From: Eledone cirrhosa
Lineage: Eukaryota
NCBI GenBank assembly: GCA_964016885.1
Contig: OZ024743.1
Span: forward strand, 300,886,001 to 300,950,000
DNA: 64,000 nt
Direction: 5' to 3'
Position 1 is the first letter of the stretch; the number at the start of each line of letters is the position of its first letter. Positions 56,401 to 64,000 of the stretch are shown here, one piece after another. A model generated the notes under the pieces. That model ran no database searches. It was given only the letters and a program-made list of their open reading frames with translations, and was not told where the DNA came from. The position numbers and the translations under genes are program-made.

Positions 56401-57345
56401 AAATACGTGACCTATAGTAAGGAGCCAATGCTCAGAACTGTACTGAAGGAGGGGACAGTAGGCCAGGGGATGTCCAAGGAGGAAATAACATCAAGGAGAA
56501 AGAGCAGCCTTAAGGGAAAATCCCTTCATAGTACCTTCTTTGAGAAAACTGAATTTAGAGATCCACAGACATGGAACTGGTTGAGAAGAGGAGACCTCAA
56601 AAAGGCTACAGAAGGAATGCTAATGGCTGCGCAGGAGCAGGCCCTCAAAACGAAGTGGTTGAAGCACCATATTTACAAGGAGGAGCTAGCCCTCTGTGCA
56701 GGATCTGTGGAGAGAGAGAGGAGACTGTGGCTCTCATTGTGTCCGAGTGTAAACACCTAGCCCAGACCCACTATAAGGGCTGGAGACACGATGTGATGGG
56801 CAGGGTGATCCACTGGCACCTGTGCAAAGTAAACAATTTACCACATTCTGAGAAATGGTATGAGCATAGGCCAGAGGCGGTGATGGAGAACAATCAGGTG
56901 AAGGTGCTGTGGGATTTTAGGATACAGACGGACAAAAAACTGGAACACAATAGACCTGACCTGGTGGTTGTGGACAAAGAAAAAAGATCGTGTCTGATTG
57001 TGGATGTGGCCTGCCCGTTCGACACGAGAGTGCAAGAGAAGGAGAGGGAGAAAATTAACCGATACCAGGACCTAAAGTGGGAGGTGAAAAGGATTTGGAA
57101 CTGCCATGAAGTCAAAGTGATCCCGATTGTCATAGGCGCACTGGAGACTATCTCCAAAAGTTTCCAGGGATGGTTAAAGAAAATCGGCCCCTTCACGCTT
57201 TTTGGAACGCTTCAAAAGGCATGCTTGCTGGGAACAGCAAGAACCCTCCGATACGTCCTGAATATCTGAGGCTGCAGGTAGTGGCTTGATATTCAATCCA
57301 ACGGACTTTCCAGTTAACCAACATCAATGACTGAGATTCAAGGAA
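53444..57345 (+). mobile_element. R4/Dong family 1 copy B, full length, near intact
   Basis: Tandem homolog of copy A. Defects: ATG->ATA (53845), TGG->TGA (54010) and a 1-nt deletion near 56684. Confidence 0.95.
54022..57269 (+). pseudogene. R4/Dong single ORF: RT + Zn knuckle + restriction-like endonuclease (912 aa ORF + frameshifted C-terminus)
   Basis: KSPGPDG, NYRPIT, DYRKAFD, QGDSLSP, FMDD, GGRGL; CRIC..ETVALIVSEC, RHD, NRPDLVVVD..VDVACP..EKINRY. Confidence 0.93.
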
Positions 57346-57440
57346 TAACAACAATAATAATAATAATAATTATTATTATAATGTTTTCTTTATTAACCAC
57401 AAGGGTTTACATAAAGTAGACATTAATTATAATAATTATA

Positions 57441-57770
57441 ATAATACCAGTGGTTGTAGGCGCTAACTAAAGCAATACCAGTGGTTGTAGGTGCTCTAGG
57501 AATGATAATTAAGGGGTCTAATGATTACTTATCGCAAATCCCAGGAAACCCGCGTATAGGAGAAATACAAAAGATAGTACTAATAGGAACTGCCCATATA
57601 CTAAGGAAGATTCTGTCAATATAAATACATCACAAATCTAAACATCTAAAGCTGCATGTGTGTGTATGTACGTTCTTTCTTGAATATGGCGGACCTTGTT
57701 GCCTCTGGATGTCACTGGTTGTGACTTGGTGATAGATCGTATGAACATAAAGCAAGATAAATGCAACTAT
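57441..57770 (+). mobile_element. R4/Dong family 2 3' fragment, with internal duplication of AATACCAGTGGTTGTAGG
   Basis: Matches 45930-46222 (IPVVVGALGMI, 3' UTR). Preceded at 57383-57425 by a ~40 bp Tx1 3' terminus matching 46258-46300. Confidence 0.85.
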
Positions 57771-57781
57771 AATAATAAAAA

Positions 57782-60700
57782 TGATTTGTTTATTGGCCAC
57801 AAGGGCTGACATCAAGAAAAACATTACAGACGGCACAGGATGGTACAGGACGGTACGATGTGTGTTTTGTGCGTGTAAATGCTTTTATTATTTATATAAG
57901 AAAAGAAAAAAATAGTCATAGATACATATATATATATAAACAATAAATATGAAAATTGGAACAATGAAAAATTCCCCAATAGGGAGGAAACCTCTGAGGG
58001 TTACTCGTGGAAAAAACCACACAAAAGACCACGGCCACTCTGACCAACAGGGCAAGCGCTCTCTCTCATTTTTTCCATTTCTGAAGCTACAGGCGTATAC
58101 TCAGAGCGGTCCCGTTAACTCGGACCATTCTCGCTACATTCACACACCTTTCAACAAACTTGCTAGAAGGTAGCACTTGCCTCTCCACCCTGATTTTCCT
58201 CTTCAAGTGAAACTTGAAAAAGTTTATCAGGGATTCGCCGAAGAGGAAAGTATCTGTCTTTAACGCTTTCAACCTTGTCCACCACACAGTCTCTTTCGCC
58301 ATGGCCACCAGGCAGATGAAAACCGCATGCCCTTCCTCCTTAAAGGAAGACGGTGAGACCATCTGCACAATGGACTCAGTCGATAAACGGATCAGTCCTA
58401 CACGCGACAGCAACTGTTCGACATAGCTCCACAAGTCAGCAATGCTCTGGCACTGAACGAGTGTGTGCACGACGGTTTCGTCGCTCAGCGCGCATCTTAG
58501 ACAGGCTCGGCTGACGGCACTTCCGTGCCTGTATCTCGAACCGGCAACCCTCGCCGGTAGCACTGCCAGGCCAGGGATTTTTGGAAGTTATCCATAAGCC
58601 CTGGACTGAAAGTTCTACGGAAGAGGGCAAACAGCTGATCTTCGACGCCCAGGATTTCTCCGAGAACGTTGTCTCTCTTCCTCTCCACTAGTCCTCTAAA
58701 GAGCGCCGAGGTGGATGTTCCACCGATACTGGTGCCCAGCTGGCAGAAGGCAGTGAGCGCCTGGAGACATTCCAGTTTCCAAGCGCTATCCCTCGGACTT
58801 TTCCTGACTCAGCACTGCAGTTCCGTCAAAAGGACGAGCTGTGGGAAAACGTGCCTTGTGAACGTCCACCACAACTGTTCACCGTCAAGGTAGCACCAGA
58901 AATGTCGCAGCCTCAGCGGATTTGTGCCTATCATCAGCCATAGCAAGCCCAGTCCTCCACGAAACGGGTGTTGACAGCAGATCAATTGTCAGTCCATGGG
59001 AGTGCATCCCTTCCACAAAAAGCGGAAGAGGAGGTGCTCCATTTTGGTGAGAGTTGGGTCGGGGCAAGGGATGACGGTGAGGCGGTAACAGATGACGGAT
59101 GCGATGTACGCATTCGTCACCTTCGCCCGGCCTTTCAGGGACAGCTTCCCCTCGGCCCATTTCTTGGTGAGAGAGGCCACCCCCTCTTGTCACCTCAATC
59201 CAGTTTTTCTCCATCTTGAGGTACGGTCCGAACCAGACCTCGAGTAATTTAACCGGCCCGTCCGTCCAAGACGCTGTCGAACGGCATGTACTTTCCTCCC
59301 CAGGTGCCGAGCGACAAGCCCACCGACTTTTCCTGGTTTATCTTTGCTCCTATCACTGCTTCGTATTCCTTGAGAGGGGTGCCGAGCATCTGGAAGTGTC
59401 TGGCGCTCGACACCACGACGGTAGCGTCGTGGGCGAAAGCCGACTAGGATTTTCCGCATCCCAGTTCGTGTGGGACGCCCCTCATCGCCCCCAGTTTGTG
59501 CAGTAACGGCTCGAGAGGCAATACGTACAAGAGGGATGAGAGGGGACAACCCTGGTGGACTGAGCGCATGATGTTGAACGTCTGCGACAGGTGACGTTCA
59601 CCCTCAAAACTGAGCAGATGTCGCTGTACATCACAGCGATCCAACCCCTGAAAACTGGCCCGAAACCGGCTGCGTCTCAGGACAGCCACCAGGTACCGAT
59701 GGTCTACCCCATCGAATGCTTTGGATTGATCCAAGTTGATCAGGGCCACACCCGTGCCAGGTTCCTTAACTATGATGTATTGCTTGAGGTGGAGGTTATC
59801 GTGTATGGATCTGTCCAGAATGCCGCATTTCTGTGCCTCTCCCTCCAGACCTTTGACGATAAACGCCAACCTCGTTGCTAAGACTTTGGCCAAAATCTTG
59901 AACACTGCGTTTAGCAGGGTTATGGGCCTGAAGTTATCGATAACATCCCCCTTGTTCGGGTCTTTTCTCAGCAGTGCCACCATTCCCCGGCTCACAAATC
60001 TGGGAATGCTGCCGTTCTGCTGCCAGTTGCAATAGACGTCTGCCAAGAGGTTACCGAACAAGTCTCGCATAAATGCATAAAGCTCGTAGGGCAGGCCATC
60101 CAAACCTGGCGATTTACCCCTCTTGCAGTTAGCCATCGCTTCCCGTATTTCACCGGATGTTATTGGCTTTTCGCAACACTGTGCTGCGGTCGTTGAGAGC
60201 CGAAGTAATCCGTCGAGGTATGCATTGATGTCCATAACCCGATCGGGCCGCCGCTGCTACCGAATCGTTCAGCAAAGTGCTGTTGAAAAGCTTCACACAT
60301 CTGCTCGGGTTCGAACAACTCGCGCCTGTTTTGGTCAGATAAAGACCGAATTGTGGGTTTGTTGCCACGTCGCGCCCCTGCCGCCCGAGCCCATTGGACG
60401 GCTTTTCTCCTCTTGTGTTTCAGAGCACGCGCTCTAGCTCTAAAACGCAGCCTTCCTGTTTTGCGTTGAAGAATTGTTCGAGTGCCAATCTCGCCGCAAG
60501 CAATGCCTCTCCTTAATGCCTCTTCTAGCTTTCTGACTAGCTCTCCCTCTACTCTATTTTCTCGTATCACTAGTCCTTTGCTAAACCTAATCGACTCTAC
60601 TTTAACTGCCTTTTCAGGGCGAACCACCACCTGTGTTGACAACTCCTCCTGTCAACGCCCTCGTAACTAATACGCTAATCCGGTCGCTGTAAGCTTTGCG

Positions 60701-63105
60701 CGTCGGGAAAGACGCGTTCTGCTTCCAGTAAGCGGGCCCTTGTCTATTAAGTCTGTTTATGTCGATCTCACAGATCACACATTTGTGGTCTGTATAGTCG
60801 ACTATGTTAAATTGTGGACAACTTATACTAGCCTTATCTAGTTCTCTGCAGAATACCCTATCGAGATACGACCTGGATGACCCGATACGGTTTGTCCATG
60901 TCCACATTGTCACATTTGGGTGATCCAGTCAATACCTGTCAGACAGTTCAAAACGTCTGAGCAGGTTGGTGAGGCTCTTGCACCCTCCTCCCCTATCCAC
61001 TATCCCCACACAATCCCAGCGTGCATCCAATATACTGTTCACGTGGCCTACTGACACTAAAGAGCGAGACGTTCCAAGAAAGGTCTCTAGACGTCAGAAG
61101 AAATATGGCCGTCCTGCCCCAGTTGAGGCGTCGACGGCTACTAGCCTGAAAGCATTGCCTTCGCTGCCGGTCACGTCCAGCACCACCGACTTGCCTTATG
61201 TGTCCAGGAAGATGGTCCGTATGGCGAGATCCAGGCCTCTCCTAAAAAGGACGGCAAACCCTCCCTCTGATCCTGGACAGCTGGGAGATGCGTATACATC
61301 GTAGCCGCTGAAGATCGGTGCGAAGGCTCGTGCTTCGGAGATTCTGGTCTCGCTGATGGCCACCACATCTATCTGGTCATTGAGCAGGTGACCCTGCTTC
61401 CAAGATGACCCCAGGCCACGTGCTTTTATACTGCCTACTCTAAGAACGGCCATATTGGATGAGAAACGGGGCAAGTGAGAAAGGGTCACTTACCTTGATC
61501 GTGTGGTGAAGGGACAGTAGAACCGTCCCTTTGACTGATCCTGTGGGTTTCGAAGAGGATGTCAGTGTATATCCTCTTGGTAACCGATCCTCTGAAGTCT
61601 CCAACTGCGATGGGGAATTTTTGTTTTAAAAGTTTGTACTGTTCTATTTTGATATCAATGATGCTTATGTTTGTCTGGAGAGTTCTTGGTGTTGGGTGTA
61701 GTAGTTTTTTTATTTGATGTCCGTGTGCTGCTTCATATATTGTATGAGTTCTTTATTTGCCAGGTTTATGGCCGTGTACCTTTTGGGGGGAGGGGTGATT
61801 TTGTATCTGTTTTCTTCTTGTTGCTGTTTGGTGTGTGTGTTTTGTTTTATTTGCGTTGTTGGTGTTTTTGGTGATGCTGTTAGCGGTGTGTTTGTTGTTG
61901 GCGGTGCTGCTTGTGGTGGTGATGGTGGTGGTGTTGCTGCAAGTCTCCTTGCAGCCTTTACCCGTATTTGTGTGCCTTCGCTTTTGGAGGGTGAAGCTAG
62001 GGTTTTTTTCTTTTTTTCTTTTTTGTGGCAGACCGTTTGCCACTTCACTCCCGCCTCACAATCCATGTCGGATTCCGTGGCGTCTGGAAGGGGTATGTGC
62101 TTCACGGCTGTTGGTGGGGTAGTGTATCCCTCTCCGGCAATTTTGTTGCTGGTGCAGCTACTGCAAATGTAGCTACTGGTGTTGCCGCCACTGATGCTGC
62201 TGCTTTAGTTGACCGCGCCCTTGGTACGGGTACCACGGATGTTGCCCTCCTACTCACCGTGGAAGGGGCTTCTCCGTTTGTTGCCTGCCCTGCTCTTGGT
62301 AGCAGCGGACCAGGTATTGGAAGGAGAGGGGCCTTCTTCTTCGCTATCTTCTGCGGGTAAAAGGCTCCGAGGTGACCCTTTGACCCACAGAGATATCATT
62401 TTGGCTATCATTTTGGCCGTCTTCCTTCCATGCTTATAGGGAGATGGAGTCCTTCCTCGAGGTGAATGATATCGGGGATAGCGTCGATACACTCCTGGTC
62501 AGTTTGTATAAGCATTTTCATGCCTATACCTGACCAGTTTCCTCGCCCTATTTTCTGTACTTGCAGCATGATCGTACAGATGCGGCCAGCCAAGGTATGG
62601 GCACGTCGGGTGGGATCTAGGTCAATTTGAGCCTCGCCAGTTTCTGCCCGCAGTAGGAGGGCGCCAATACTATCTCCTCACTCTTTAGGGTTTCCAAAGT
62701 GTGAGACTTCCTTTCTTGGGGGGTGGCGAAAAGTACGTCTACTGTAACGTACTTTCTGCCTCGGGGGATGTGGGTTTTGCGCGCACAGACACGCCCCAAG
62801 GCCTTTTGGATTTGAGCCTCCGTGGCTCTCTCCCCCGATGTGACATTTTGCTTACGTTGCGGTAAATCACCGTCCGTAGCTGCTGGTCCTTGAACAAATC
62901 GGGTGGAGGTTTCAGGTAAACTGTATTGGCGTTTCTTGTCAGCATGGCCCTTGCGACTGCCATCTCCTCCTCTGTGAATAACACTGTTTCGATATTTCGG
63001 GCGACACCTGCAAAAGAAGTGGACCCTTTTCAGCAGCACCACTATTGTTGCCGCTACCGGTGCTGCTGGTGGTACTGAGATCGCTGTTACAGGTATCGAT
63101 GTCAT
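57782..63105 (-). mobile_element. Near full-length Tx1-like LINE (ORF1 ~61490-63105; ORF2 APE-RT 58087-61453), pseudogenised
   Basis: ORF2: MAVLRVGSIKARGL..VVAISETR, SYLDR, TDHK, YWK, KSPGLDGLP, NFRPITLLN, QGCPLS, CLRC..ETVVHTLVQC. ORF1 has a decayed knuckle RRPK-x-YLCGSKGH near 62350-62420. Confidence 0.92.
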
Positions 63106-63360
63106 TGTTTATGTTTTCGTTGGTACAGAAGTTGGTGGTGTTGTTGTTGTTTTCGTCGATACTGTTGCTGTTGTTACTGTTATTGTGGTTGTTGTTATTA
63201 TTGTTGTTTTTGTTGATACTGTTCCTACTATTATTGTTGTTGTGGCTGTTGTTATTGTCATTGTTATTGTCGTTCTCGACCTTACCGCTGTTATTTTGTT
63301 ATTGCTGCTGTTGTTATTGATGGTTTTGTTGTTGGTGTTATTGTTGGTGTTGTTTGTGTT
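63105..63360. repeat. Degenerate (TGT/TAT)n trinucleotide tract at the Tx1 5' side
   Basis: Direct reading. Confidence 0.85.
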
Positions 63361-63629
63361 AGAAATATTTGGTAATTTTAAATCTGTAACAATATAATTA
63401 AACATGATATTGTTCCTCTTTTCCTTCGTAATATTTTCTTTTATATTTACCTTCGCTAGAACGCTGTCTTGTTGATATATTGACAAAGTATCCCTCTCTC
63501 TGTGTTGTCTGACAGCGCTCTTTATCTTTCTTGTGTTATCCATGTTGTAAGAAATTTGTTTTTTCAAATAATATTTTTACACAATACGGCACCACTTTAC
63601 GGGGTGTCGTATTGTGTAAAAATAAGGCA

Positions 63630-64000
63630 ACAATAAACAATTTAACACATTCTGAGAAGTGGTATGAATATAAGCCAGAGTCGGTGATAGAAAACGATCA
63701 GGTGAAGGTGCTATGGGATTTTAGGATACAGACGGACAAGAAATTAGAACACAATAGGCCTGACCTGGTGGTTTTCGACAAGGAAAAAAGATCGTGCCTG
63801 ATTCTAGATGTAGCCTGCCCATTTGACACGAGGGTGAAAGAAAAGGAGAGGGAAAAAATTAATCGATATTAGGATTTAAATCGGGAGTTAAAAAGGTTTT
63901 GGAAATGCCATGAAATCAAGGTCGTCCAGATTGTTATAGGCGCACTATGTACTATCTCAAAGAGTTTCCAAGGATGGTTAAAGAAGATTAGTCCAGCCCA
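63630..64000 (+). mobile_element. R4/Dong family 1 3' fragment (REL domain), runs off the window
   Basis: HSEKWYEYKPE..LWDFRIQTD..NRPDLVV..DVACPFDT..EKINRY. Confidence 0.9.

Noticed and set aside
46582-62439. Numerous 60-170 aa ORFs antisense to LINE ORFs
   Set aside because: Shadow frames of GC-richer retroelement coding sequence, with no independent motifs.
63109-63567. 152 aa Thr/Asn-rich ORF upstream of Tx1 ORF1
   Set aside because: It is mostly a trinucleotide repeat translation, and the non-repetitive part could not be assigned.

Overview
AT-rich, repeat-dominated animal genomic DNA. The SINE family and microsatellite style suggest a cephalopod such as Octopus (inference). No host gene could be supported. 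There are three zones. (1) ~1.8-20.1 kb is a (TA)n microsatellite region filled with Penelope-like element (PLE) material: one near-complete RT/GIY-YIG element, Neptune-like fragments, fold-back pLTR modules and about a dozen type I hammerhead ribozyme (HHR) motifs. It also holds two ~0.7-0.8 kb non-coding direct-repeat elements whose repeats contain an apparently non-circularly permuted (pseudoknotted) hammerhead, supported by covariation; this is the main discovery candidate. (2) ~20-40 kb is old intergenic or intronic DNA with decayed RTE, Tx1, R4/Dong, SINE and mariner fragments. (3) ~40-64 kb is a (TAA)n-anchored pile-up of R4/Dong LINEs (+ strand) and Tx1-like LINEs (- strand), joined tail-to-tail. 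All pairings were read by eye; no folding or database search was run.
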